A stretch of 32,000 nt of DNA, taken from Candidatus Thorarchaeota archaeon. Its GTDB lineage: Archaea; Asgardarchaeota; Heimdallarchaeia; Hodarchaeales; Hodarchaeaceae. Positions 9,892-19,053 of the stretch are shown here, piece by piece (the first letter of the stretch is position 1; each line of letters begins with the position of its first letter). The translations under genes were made by a program, and so were the position numbers. The notes under the pieces are model-generated. The model was not told the origin of the DNA, did no database searches, and saw nothing but the letters and a program-made list of their open reading frames with translations. Location of the stretch: contig JBHLRO010000019.1 in NCBI GenBank assembly GCA_048882505.1, forward strand, positions 1-32,000, read 5' to 3'.

Positions 9892-11263
9892 CTTTGTTCA
9901 TATTTTTCTCAAATTCTGCATACCAAGCAGGATAACCAGAAGGATGAGTAGGATACCTGGCAAAAAGGTTTTCAAAGAACTGAACCCCTTTCGAGATTTT
10001 TCGCAACTCCCACAAGATTAAGTAACGGGGAAAAGCTTTGATTGCAATCCATAGCATCTCTAATTTGTTTAATTTTTTTCCTCCATGAAGATTAACAAAC
10101 TGGTCTTGATCCAGGATTTTTCGTTTCAGAAAAAACTCTAAACCTCGAACCTTAATTCGCCGTAGGGCTGCGGTAAAAAGCTGAATTTTTGTATGACTTA
10201 ATCCGAAATGTCGCATAATATTAATGTTATACTCCCACAGTGCTTCCTCCGAGACATCCCCTTTTTCAATCGCTTTGGCTGCGGCGGTGCCGGCATAGTA
10301 TCCAGCAACCAGTGCGGGCCCGTGACCTTCTGCAGATAGCGGATTAACATGAAATGCGGCATCACCTGCCGCCATAAAACCTGGAGCTACTGCATTCGTC
10401 ATTGGGTAACGAGTGGGAATCCAATAACCACCCGTGTGCTCCAGTTCATAAGATCCAGGTGGATAATACTTGTGCAGAACCTCACGATAGTGTGATTTCA
10501 TGCCGCGTTCAGCCTTAGTGTCCATAAACCATCCAATCCCGCAGTTGAGCCTTTTCTCGCCTTTCGAGAAGATCCAAAAATATCCTGGTTCTGGAATCGT
10601 ATCCTCATAAATGAGATAGATCTCATGACGGTAAGGATTATCCTCTTTGGTCGTGATAATCTCTCGATACGACCCCGCAATGTCTCGTCGATCCATTTCT
10701 TTTTCTAAGTAGGGAAATTGGCTCTGGGGGATCGTTTTACGAACCTGATAGTTACGGCCCGAACAGTCAATTGTTATCTTTGCCCGAATCTCATACTCTT
10801 CTTTAGTTATCCTGTCTTTGACAATAACACCCTGAACAGATCCATTCTCTACAATGGCTGATTTAACCTTAGTTTGGGATATAACGGTTGTACCGTACTC
10901 TTCGGCCTTTTTCAACAGACGTTGACCATAGGGGTGACGGTTTAGAACATATCCATCGCCAATCAGGGGAAAATCCACACGGGGAGTCCGAAAGATGAGT
11001 CGCTCAACAGTATCCGCTACCTCTTCTCCGTGGGGTTTTTCAATCCCTAGTTTTTCTTCGAGAAACTTGACTGGGCCTAAATCCAGTGCATCCCCGCACA
11101 CTTTATTGCCAATTTCATCATGTGTCTTCGCATCAATTAAAGTGACCTGTCTGCCAGCCTTCGCCCCTGTAATCGCTGAAATGACTCCAGCAGGTCCCCC
11201 ACCGACCACAAGAATTTCCGTTTCGATCATGTGAGCCGCATCCAATCCATAGGAGGAGTCCAA
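9857..11263 (-). CDS. Geranylgeranyl reductase family flavoprotein (DGGGPL reductase-like)
   Basis: GGGPAG FAD motif, KVCGDAL, YFWIFSKG (cf. YxWxFP), GDAAFHVNPLSAEG. Probable start at MIETE (11230). Confidence 0.88.
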   Translation of the reverse strand: MDSSYGLDAAHMIETEILVVGGGPAGVISAITGAKAGRQVTLIDAKTHDEIGNKVCGDALDLGPVKFLEEKLGIEKPHGEEVADTVERLIFRTPRVDFPLIGDGYVLNRHPYGQRLLKKAEEYGTTVISQTKVKSAIVENGSVQGVIVKDRITKEEYEIRAKITIDCSGRNYQVRKTIPQSQFPYLEKEMDRRDIAGSYREIITTKEDNPYRHEIYLIYEDTIPEPGYFWIFSKGEKRLNCGIGWFMDTKAERGMKSHYREVLHKYYPPGSYELEHTGGYWIPTRYPMTNAVAPGFMAAGDAAFHVNPLSAEGHGPALVAGYYAGTAAAKAIEKGDVSEEALWEYNINIMRHFGLSHTKIQLFTAALRRIKVRGLEFFLKRKILDQDQFVNLHGGKKLNKLEMLWIAIKAFPRYLILWELRKISKGVQFFENLFARYPTHPSGYPAWYAEFEKNMNKARFQDSESAEV

Positions 11264-11438
11264 TACCCAGATTAAAAACGCTAAGCTTTGATATCTTAAA
11301 CATCACTCTAGGGATCAGAAAAAGACCCACCCACGGTGGAGGAACGGGATCTCCTCCTCAGTATGAAAAATATGATTCCTCTCAATACCGATTCATTCGG
11401 TACTCTCCCATCCAAGAAAAATTATCAAGTCAAGTGAA

Positions 11439-12083
11439 CTAGTTTGATTCCAGAATTGTAAAATGGTAACCTTTTCTTCTTCTTAATAAGGAAATAAGTG
11501 GAAACCACCTATGTACCGAAGCTTTGTATAGGGAATACTCAGATCCCAAATCGTTCTCAAGCTCCTTTTCCTCATAACTTGCAATAATATCGTACAGTGC
11601 AAGTGAAAAAGTCAAAGGAATTAAGGAAATCAATGACATTGACAAGATTGAGAAAGAGAGGTAGATTAGCAATGTCCCACCATACATTGGATGCCGTAAA
11701 TAACCATATACACCATCTGTGACGATTGAAGTTGGTACAGTTGCCAGAACATTGTCATGAGACGCTTTAATAAAAAATGCCGCACCTATCAAGCCTAAAC
11801 AGAACAATAAGAAACTTATTATTGGAGGAATGAATCCTGAGAGAGTCATTTTCAATACAAATGTATCTAAGATCCATACAACGAAGAAGAGAATGAAACA
11901 AAAACCCTGAATCTGATGACCCCTTGGATGTTCGGCGCCAAGACCGTGGGAGCTTTCTTTACTCATATGAATCCAACGTGGGTGGGTTGAGTAATTCCAA
12001 TGGATAATACAAGGTTTAAATCCCCATGAATTTAAGAATTCCCACACAAGCACCCAAATCGATTGGGTACCTAAACAAACCAA
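11439..12083 (-). CDS. Isoprenylcysteine carboxyl methyltransferase / PEMT family membrane methyltransferase
   Basis: VTDGVYGYLRHPMY and EEKELENDLGSEYSLYKASVHRWFP motifs, plus TM helices. Probable start at MSKESS (11966). Confidence 0.85.
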   Translation of the reverse strand: MVCLGTQSIWVLVWEFLNSWGFKPCIIHWNYSTHPRWIHMSKESSHGLGAEHPRGHQIQGFCFILFFVVWILDTFVLKMTLSGFIPPIISFLLFCLGLIGAAFFIKASHDNVLATVPTSIVTDGVYGYLRHPMYGGTLLIYLSFSILSMSLISLIPLTFSLALYDIIASYEEKELENDLGSEYSLYKASVHRWFPLISLLRRRKGYHFTILESN

Positions 12084-12274
12084 CCTAGTTACCTTATTCC
12101 TTTAGTATAGGACAATCACTTGTTCTAAAGGAATATTATTTATCTAATAATTGATATAATGAGTCAGTAACAATTTTAATTGAAAATTATTGCATTGATT
12201 TCGCTCTTTACCCTATTATACTGAAGAACGGGTAAAAAAATTCAAAGAGTCCTGATAAACCAGATGTAATCAGC

Positions 12275-14140
12275 ATGATAACTTCAACGCTGGGCAGTGT
12301 TCAAACTCCCCAATCCTTGGCAAATATAGTCGTTCAATTGGCGTTTCGGCATTATCTTCTCCAAATAGGATCAAAACCTCCAAATTTTGATACAACGAGC
12401 ATTTTTACCTTTTTTTCCAAATTAGAATCGAAATTGGAAGACCGTTTCCGCATGGTGAAAATCCTTGACCTAGGAATGGGTAAAGGAAGTTTTCTGCTTT
12501 CAGCTGGAGCCATAATGGAGAGAGCACTTGCCGCTAAATATCGGAGCCCTGAACGGGATATGGCGAAAATTCGAAAAAACATTCTTATTCGTAATCTATG
12601 GGGAGTCGACGGTGATAAAGAGTGTGTAAATGATTGTAGACAGAATCTTAGAACCTGGATAGGTGGTGATATAGGAGAAATAACAACGCATATAATCGAA
12701 AAAACTAGGATTGGAAATGCATTGGTTGGTCGAACCTCTGCGAAGAAAGACAATTTCCCCTATTCAGTTGGCCAAATTCAAAGCGAAAATCTTCCTTGTT
12801 TTCACTGGGATGAGGAGTTTCCAACTGTCTTCAGCTTTAAACCCCCTGGATTTGATATCATATTATGTAATCCCCCGTATGTAACCAAAACTTTGACACC
12901 AGAATCCATTCGTATCTATCGGTCATTGTATGGTCAAATGTTTGTTAATCGATTTAACCTCTACCATCTGTTTTTTGCTCGTGTAAAGGATTTGATGAAT
13001 CCACAGGGAATAGCGGTTTTCCTGACGGCGAACTCAGTATTGACTGACAAATACAGTCTGAAACTTAGAAAGTTCTTGAAAAGATCTTTTAGGATTTTAA
13101 GCTTGACTGATTTTGTAAGTCGGAATCTGTTTCCCAAGATTCTTCAAGGTGTGTGTATTATTGCGCTCGGATCAAAAGATGGACAAAAAGCATCCTATTC
13201 TCCATCATTAGCCCAAGTACTCCAAACCTTTGATGCCACCACATTTCACGCGGGTAAATTCAAGTGGGGAACAATTCCTGAGCCCCATTTGTATTTCCAA
13301 GGAAAGATCATTCCAAGCCCGGACAAAAACAATCTGCGAATTCTACATTATCTTCAAAAAACCTGCGTGCCTGCAAGAAAGCAGTTCAAGATCCAATCAG
13401 GAGAAATCCGTCCTGCCGATGCGAAGATCCGCCCATTTTATTTTAAGGAGTTTCCCCAAGATCAAGACCAATTGGCCTTTGAGCCCGTTTTAAATGGTAA
13501 GAATGTGGGCCCTTTTCTGGTTAATCTGTCCAAAAAACGCCCCAAATCCAGATGGTTTCAACCACCAGCAGGAAAAGACGAGAACCCGATTTTTCGCTCT
13601 CAGCATGCTTTCATGGAACGGATTGTATTTCAACGTATTACAGCTAGGGAACAACTTCGACGATTAGTCACTGCTATGATCGCCCGAGATCACCTCTCTC
13701 ATCATCCTGTTTGGGTGGAAAACAATCTCAACTACCTCCTTCTTCCCTCCTCCAAAAAGGTATTCACCGCAGAATTCCTATTAGGAATTTTCAATTCCCT
13801 TTTACTTAACTGGTATCTTCATCAAATTAACTTAACTGCCGCAGTACCGCCATCAGATATCGGACTTCTCCCAATACCTTTGAAACAGAATCTAGAGGTA
13901 TCACTCATTTCTCAAATCGAAAGTACTGTTGTACAGATTACGAAACAACTCAAAACGGCTGATTCCATGCAGGAAAGACTTAGATTTTTATGTCCAGTTT
14001 GTGGGGGACATAATTCCATTGAGCATCTCCGAAAATCTTTAGACAAACTCGTATTTCAACTCTATCGACTTTCTTTGGTTGATCAAACTCTGATTACCAA
14101 TCAAATGGTGGAACTACACACCTACTTTGGACATCACTAA
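12275..14140 (+). CDS. N6-adenine DNA methyltransferase, Eco57I/TaqI-like (gamma class) with C-terminal specificity domain; no nuclease domain seen
   Basis: Motif I ILDLGMGKGSFL; FHWDEEFPTVF..GFDIILCNPPY (motif IV); NLYHLFF...LRKFL; TaqI-C-like ERIVFQRIT / LLGIFNSLLLNWY / LPIP. Confidence 0.85.
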   Translation: MITSTLGSVQTPQSLANIVVQLAFRHYLLQIGSKPPNFDTTSIFTFFSKLESKLEDRFRMVKILDLGMGKGSFLLSAGAIMERALAAKYRSPERDMAKIRKNILIRNLWGVDGDKECVNDCRQNLRTWIGGDIGEITTHIIEKTRIGNALVGRTSAKKDNFPYSVGQIQSENLPCFHWDEEFPTVFSFKPPGFDIILCNPPYVTKTLTPESIRIYRSLYGQMFVNRFNLYHLFFARVKDLMNPQGIAVFLTANSVLTDKYSLKLRKFLKRSFRILSLTDFVSRNLFPKILQGVCIIALGSKDGQKASYSPSLAQVLQTFDATTFHAGKFKWGTIPEPHLYFQGKIIPSPDKNNLRILHYLQKTCVPARKQFKIQSGEIRPADAKIRPFYFKEFPQDQDQLAFEPVLNGKNVGPFLVNLSKKRPKSRWFQPPAGKDENPIFRSQHAFMERIVFQRITAREQLRRLVTAMIARDHLSHHPVWVENNLNYLLLPSSKKVFTAEFLLGIFNSLLLNWYLHQINLTAAVPPSDIGLLPIPLKQNLEVSLISQIESTVVQITKQLKTADSMQERLRFLCPVCGGHNSIEHLRKSLDKLVFQLYRLSLVDQTLITNQMVELHTYFGHH

Positions 14141-14298
14141 ATATCTTATAATTGCATGGTATTTATTGGAAGAAGGGAACATAAAGTTCCATTAAGTTTT
14201 TAACCTACCGAAACGAGAGAAGATTGTATTGCTGCTAATCAGGGTAGCTTTGCCCGACCAGATATGGAATCTGACTAGATCAGGAGGAAAATGAGTAT

Positions 14299-15342
14299 TT
14301 GGCTTCTTCCCGTCGCTTATATCTAAATAATTGGGCCATTCTTACCAAACAAGGGGAAGTACAATGGCACTTTGGAGATGTGGAAAACGAAGACAAGTTA
14401 CTCCAAACTGCAGACTTTGTTATGGCCTTAACTAAGTTAGGTGACCAAATATTAGGCCAGGGTGTCGGAATTGTCCGTCTTCGATATCCCCGCCCTCACC
14501 CAACCCAAGCGAACCAGATTCTAATAGTTAATCTGCTCGACAAGTACAGCATCGTAATTTCTGATCCCTTGGTCACAACCCGACTCATGCATCAGATCGA
14601 ATTAGATCAGGCTCACTTAGATGATATGCGAAGTATTTTGGCAGGATCAGCAGCAGTGATCTATTCTCAACTTTATTCCAGTAATGAATCCAAACCCGTT
14701 TTAAGCAGAAGCGATGTTGATGCGCTCTTCCATCAAGCTATTAATGCTGTGACCTATAATACAGATCAGGTGACAGTGGGGAACGGTGAATGCTCATTCA
14801 GTGCATTATCACTAGAAGAACTCCTCTTTTTTCATGCCCTTATCCGAGAATTGCTAGAATCATATGCAATTCGATTCAGAAGCAAACCTTGGGGAATAAT
14901 CCATGGAAAGGCAGGTGTTCCAATATATTTAGAGTATCAACCCCCGGCTGATTCTGCAATTATTTCCGCTTTTGCCTCGGTTATTGTCAATTATTGCTAT
15001 CTGCTTTTCCAGGCTTACCCGGCACGCCTTGTCTTTGGGGCCCATTCAATGGAGTCTATGGATTTCATTGCCACCGACCAGACGGTTTTCGTTACAAATT
15101 CTCCAAGTCAATTGTTACGACTCCAACGATTTGTACGTCTATGGAGGCATGTCCCGGCCAATGTTGTCGCTGACCTTGCCGAACCAATGAAAGACTATTT
15201 CATCAAACTTGCTCTCCGAGAAGAACGAGAGAAGCTTAAAAATTTTGAATTGTATCGCGTTATAAATAGATTAACGAAAATGGGGATTAGACGTGCCCGC
15301 GATTACCGTTTGCCGAGAAAACCAATATTAGAGGGCGACTAA
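14299..15342 (+). CDS. Hypothetical protein with two longin-like domains
   Basis: Two copies of the beta-beta(G)-helix-beta pattern: WAILTKQGEVQWHF...ADFVMALTKLGDQILG and WGIIHGKAGVPIYLEY...SAFASVIVNYCYLLFQ. TTG start preceded by AGGAGG. Confidence 0.55.
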   Translation: MASSRRLYLNNWAILTKQGEVQWHFGDVENEDKLLQTADFVMALTKLGDQILGQGVGIVRLRYPRPHPTQANQILIVNLLDKYSIVISDPLVTTRLMHQIELDQAHLDDMRSILAGSAAVIYSQLYSSNESKPVLSRSDVDALFHQAINAVTYNTDQVTVGNGECSFSALSLEELLFFHALIRELLESYAIRFRSKPWGIIHGKAGVPIYLEYQPPADSAIISAFASVIVNYCYLLFQAYPARLVFGAHSMESMDFIATDQTVFVTNSPSQLLRLQRFVRLWRHVPANVVADLAEPMKDYFIKLALREEREKLKNFELYRVINRLTKMGIRRARDYRLPRKPILEGD

Positions 15343-15358
15343 ACGTGAACCCGATTTT

Positions 15359-15550
15359 CTAGTATTCTTCTTCCTGCCCTATTTCCCTGCCGCATCGTGT
15401 ACAGCGGTAAATGCGGAATTCATCATACTCTCTTTTTGCGTGCTCTCCTTTCTTCCCTTTAATGATCTTTGTGGATATAGGCCTATAAGAGTGTCCGAAG
15501 AGACTACAGATAAGTCCCAAACTTACCACACGACTGTCCTTTCTTTTCAA
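15359..15550 (-). CDS. Small putative Zn-binding protein (DUF1660-like CxxFGH...CxxC)
   Basis: ICSLFGHSY and CTRCG motifs. The start overlaps the YbaK stop at 15547-15550. Confidence 0.6.
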   Translation of the reverse strand: MKRKDSRVVSLGLICSLFGHSYRPISTKIIKGKKGEHAKREYDEFRIYRCTRCGREIGQEEEY

Positions 15551-16002
15551 ATGGGAATCGAAATATCAGCGATTAATGGATGTGTACAGTCAAGGAGCTC
15601 CGGTAGCATAATTTTGAGATTTGTAAAAGGGGCTCCTCCGCCGGCATAGAGGATTTGTTGATTGATGACCAATTCATCCATTATAACGGGTAGAGGAATA
15701 CTGATTGGGGGTACATCTCCCACATCATATCCCGTTTGTTCTTTAACCTGATTGGGGCCAGCTAATCTTATGTCTTTTACATTGAGCAGTTTTTTAAGCT
15801 TTCTCGTCTTGATTTTTCGGTCTCCTTGGAGTATAACTAGATAAAAATCATTAGTATCTGTAACAACGACAATAGATTTTATAATATCTTCAGGATCACA
15901 ACCTAATGCAACCATGCTTTCCTCAACCGTTGAAGATGGCGTGTTCAACTGAACTATTTCCGCAGATAGCCCATTGTCATCAATAAATTCTTGGAGTCGC
16001 AT
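15547..16002 (-). CDS. ybaK: YbaK/EbsC family aminoacyl-tRNA deacylase (trans-editing)
   Basis: IIKSIVV (conserved Lys), GYDVGDVPPI, YAGGG; 151 aa. Confidence 0.88.
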   Translation of the reverse strand: MRLQEFIDDNGLSAEIVQLNTPSSTVEESMVALGCDPEDIIKSIVVVTDTNDFYLVILQGDRKIKTRKLKKLLNVKDIRLAGPNQVKEQTGYDVGDVPPISIPLPVIMDELVINQQILYAGGGAPFTNLKIMLPELLDCTHPLIADISIPI

Positions 16003-16082
16003 CCTACTTCATCATCTGTTGTAAATGGCTTTAGTTTAGGCGTGATGCTTACTTTTACGTTTGACTTGATTAAAATATATTT

Positions 16083-16670
16083 TTGTCATTTGCTTACTTC
16101 CAAACTAGGTTGTGGTTAACTGTGCTGCAAAACGATAGAGTGCTATTACGTGGCCTAGAGCTCACTGATTTAGATGAACTGATGAAACACTGGAATAAGA
16201 GAGAAGTCAAGAAGTACCTCAATAAAACGTCACCCCATAGCAGAGAAGAAGAGTTAGAATGGATTCGTCAAACATGGGAACGTCGGCGAAAAGGAGAAGC
16301 ATACATATTCGCCATCATCTTACAGTCGAAAGATCTTTACATCGGCAATGTAGAACTCAGCATTCAGAATCAAGTCAGTCGACGTGGGCTAATTGGGATA
16401 GTAATCTTTAATCCATCATTTTGGAATCAAGGTATTGGAAGTGAAACCCTTCGCGAAATTCTAAAGTTTGGATTTCAGGATCTTAATTTACACTCTATTG
16501 AGCTGGAGGTTTTCTCGATAAATCAACGAGCTTTGGCCTGCTATCGAAAAGTGGGATTTCGAGAGTCAGGTAGACGGCGTCAAGCTGTTTTTTTTGAAGG
16601 AGAATACGTAGACTCAATTGTAATGGATATAGTGGCTACTGAATGGCCCCCAAATCAGGTTGGAACTTGA
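16083..16670 (+). CDS. GNAT acetyltransferase, RimJ/RimL family
   Basis: VLLRGL, YIGNVEL, FWNQGIGSE, LEVFSINQRALACYRKVGFRESGRRR. Probable GTG start at 16122, downstream of the TATA-like TTAAAATATAT. Confidence 0.92.
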   Translation: MSFAYFQTRLWLTVLQNDRVLLRGLELTDLDELMKHWNKREVKKYLNKTSPHSREEELEWIRQTWERRRKGEAYIFAIILQSKDLYIGNVELSIQNQVSRRGLIGIVIFNPSFWNQGIGSETLREILKFGFQDLNLHSIELEVFSINQRALACYRKVGFRESGRRRQAVFFEGEYVDSIVMDIVATEWPPNQVGT

Positions 16671-16679
16671 AAAAAAAAA
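16670..16679 (-). terminator. T10 tract (archaeal-type terminator) downstream of the NIF3-like gene
   Basis: A10 run on the + strand, 17 nt past the stop at 16697. Confidence 0.45.
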
Positions 16680-16696
16680 CACAGATCGGTATCGGC

Positions 16697-17515
16697 CTAA
16701 ATTCTAATCATTCCCCCTATTGCTGTCACCTCGATACCTTCTTCCTCTAAATTGTCCAAAAAAGGGTTTATCCCGATCGAGTCCGACGCAAGATGCCCGG
16801 TAATTATTAATTGTCCGTAGTCCAGGGTCAAAATCCGTGCTAGTTCTGTTGGTGCAATATGGATATATATCACAGTGTCAATATGATTTTGAAAATACAA
16901 ATTAGCAATAGAAAAACCTCCGTTTGTAAGGGCACCGTGACTAAACACCCATTTTCCGATTCCCTGAGTTGAATCGCCTTTGATGACTTCAATTTTCGTT
17001 TTTGCATTTTGAAACTCTGGAAACGTTGCCTCAAGAAACGAAGCAACAGACTGAAGACTTGGATGGCTTTCTTTCTCCATGAAATCCTCAATGGCGTGAT
17101 TGATCAATCTTCTACCTAATTCGTCTGATGGACAATGAATGTTCAGGAAAGGCATTCCAATCAACTGGGCAAACGCAGGGATTGCAGCATAATTCCGAGC
17201 GTGAGCTCCCACCTTTAGCGATGGCAATTTTTCTTCGACGACCTTTCTAGCCTCCTCATGTGGGACACCTTTTTCAACAAGTTGGTCTTGATGTCTTCTG
17301 AAGACCTTATAGTAATCCACAAGCCCAACAGGATGATGTGTAATAACAGCATCATACCCCGCGTCTTTTGCATAATACAACTCTGCTGACCCAATGTCTA
17401 TTCCATATAGAACTCTCTGAATGTCGCTTCCCGGAACATGCACCGCTGAATCGGAGGGAAGTTTCTCCATATCTACTAGATCAAGAGCGATTTTGATAAT
17501 TCTCTCAGTATTCAA
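16697..17515 (-). CDS. NIF3/DUF34-like dinuclear metal-binding protein
   Basis: GID, ITHHP, NIHCPSD and ITGHLASDSIG motifs correspond to the NIF3 metal ligands. Confidence 0.75.
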   Translation of the reverse strand: MNTERIIKIALDLVDMEKLPSDSAVHVPGSDIQRVLYGIDIGSAELYYAKDAGYDAVITHHPVGLVDYYKVFRRHQDQLVEKGVPHEEARKVVEEKLPSLKVGAHARNYAAIPAFAQLIGMPFLNIHCPSDELGRRLINHAIEDFMEKESHPSLQSVASFLEATFPEFQNAKTKIEVIKGDSTQGIGKWVFSHGALTNGGFSIANLYFQNHIDTVIYIHIAPTELARILTLDYGQLIITGHLASDSIGINPFLDNLEEEGIEVTAIGGMIRI

Positions 17516-17558
17516 TTTATTAACACCTTTAATGTAAAATATGCTACTAAAATTTTGT

Positions 17559-18338
17559 TTAAGTAGGTTGTTTGGAAACAGATCTATTTTTTATCCCAGA
17601 TATCTTCTCTTGAAGCTGTAGGCGGGCAGGATCTCCTTCAAGTAGCGTTCCATACTGACAGACAGACTGAAGAGGGCACATATCACATTTTGGATCATGC
17701 TTTTGGCAAATATTCTGACAATGAACCACAACCAAAGCATGAAATCGCCCAAGAACTAGGGAATCCCGTGGGAGTTCCTGCTGGATCTCAGCTTGAATCG
17801 TCTCATATTTCAGCTTGAGGTATTCCACTCTTGAGTGATAGCGTGCGAAAAATCTCCGTGTATAAGTTCCAACAACTGAGATTGGTTGTTGAAAGCAATA
17901 AAGGAGAATAGAGTCAGCTGTTTCTTTTCCAATCCCTGGACAGCTGAGTAGACTATCTCGAGTAGGGGGAAACGTTAAATTTGAAAACGAAACTAATAGT
18001 CGAGATAAAACTTGAAGATAGCTCGCTTTTTGTTTATAAAAACCTGCTGGTTTAATCATTTGTTCAATTTTTTCTTGTTTTAAAGATATTAGCTCTTCAA
18101 AAGAGCAGATATTCGCCTGATATAGGTTTCCAATGGCCTTATCGACATTTCTCCAATTAGTATTTTGAACTAGAACGGTTCCGATTGCTACTTCAAATAT
18201 TTCTTCAGCAGTTTTGCCGCTTTTAATCCAAAGTTCCCAGGTATCATGATGTGGATCGAGACGATGATATTGTCGGTTAAGTATTTCAAACAGGTCTGAA
18301 TAATTTGGCTTTTGTTGTCTGGCTTGCTCATTCCTCAT
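17559..18338 (-). CDS. Endonuclease III-related HhH-GPD protein with [4Fe-4S] motif (COG2231-like)
   Basis: VLVQNTNWRNV, PAGFYKQKA, HhH GIGKETADSILLY, and Cx6Cx2Cx5C (CQKHDPKCDMCPLQSVC). Confidence 0.88.
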   Translation of the reverse strand: MRNEQARQQKPNYSDLFEILNRQYHRLDPHHDTWELWIKSGKTAEEIFEVAIGTVLVQNTNWRNVDKAIGNLYQANICSFEELISLKQEKIEQMIKPAGFYKQKASYLQVLSRLLVSFSNLTFPPTRDSLLSCPGIGKETADSILLYCFQQPISVVGTYTRRFFARYHSRVEYLKLKYETIQAEIQQELPRDSLVLGRFHALVVVHCQNICQKHDPKCDMCPLQSVCQYGTLLEGDPARLQLQEKISGIKNRSVSKQPT

Positions 18339-18440
18339 TACGAAGACCCATTCACGTCTAGTGTCAAATTAATTTCGCCGGAAAATTCGGAAAAAGTTTC
18401 TAGTTTAGCTTAAGAAGTTGTCGAAAGTGATCATAATCGT

Positions 18441-18860
18441 ATGTCTCGACCCACTTCCTCCTCAAAGGCAGATCGCTTGAATGATCTCGCTTGGGAAATT
18501 CTGTGTGTATCCGCGTTCCGACAGTCAGAGAGACAAAGTTTGAACCTAATAATTACCCTTTCTGGTGTTTCCAGCCAAAAAGAAGCATCAGAACTCCTTT
18601 CACATTTATTCAGGCTTGTAAGAAAAGGGACAATTTATATCCCTGAGGCAAGGTTAGAGATCTTTAAAGAAGCTCCAGAACGTGTAGACGTTTATTTAAC
18701 TCGTAACTTCCATGAAACCATGCGAGATCTGGGTGAGGAACTCAGGAAGTTACACATTACGTTAGACAATATAGCAGACGAGTTACCCCAAATTCCTCAA
18801 AAAGTATTGATTGATTTGAAGAACCAAGCACTGGGAAAGTATATCGACTCTGTCAAATAA
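18441..18860 (+). CDS. Hypothetical protein, possibly a winged-helix DNA-binding domain
   Basis: Clean 139-aa ORF followed by a hairpin. LSHLFRLVRKGTI resembles a wHTH recognition helix and wing. Confidence 0.45.
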   Translation: MSRPTSSSKADRLNDLAWEILCVSAFRQSERQSLNLIITLSGVSSQKEASELLSHLFRLVRKGTIYIPEARLEIFKEAPERVDVYLTRNFHETMRDLGEELRKLHITLDNIADELPQIPQKVLIDLKNQALGKYIDSVK

Positions 18861-18865
18861 AATAG

Positions 18866-18905
18866 GGAAGCAGGAAGAACACAGGCAGGTTGCCTTCCTG
18901 CTTCC
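18866..18905. terminator. 12-bp perfect inverted repeat (hairpin)
   Basis: GGAAGCAGGAAG (18866-18877) pairs with CTTCCTGCTTCC (18894-18905), 5 nt after the stop. Confidence 0.65.
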
Positions 18906-19053
18906 TTACAAATTCCTGATCAATTTTGACCTGTAATTCTTCCTAGAACTTATTAGTCTAATCCGTAAATTTGGTGTTGTTTATCATAAAAGAATGGGAT
19001 CCAGCTAAGAACAGTTAAAATTCACTCTTCTTTGATCCTCTACTTGCGCAAAA

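Noticed and set aside
14291-14326. ATG-initiated 11-codon uORF right after AGGAGG, out of frame with the double-longin gene
   Set aside because: The TTG at 14299 is an acceptable start, and no coding signal extends upstream (in-frame stop at 14272). No need to invoke a frameshift.
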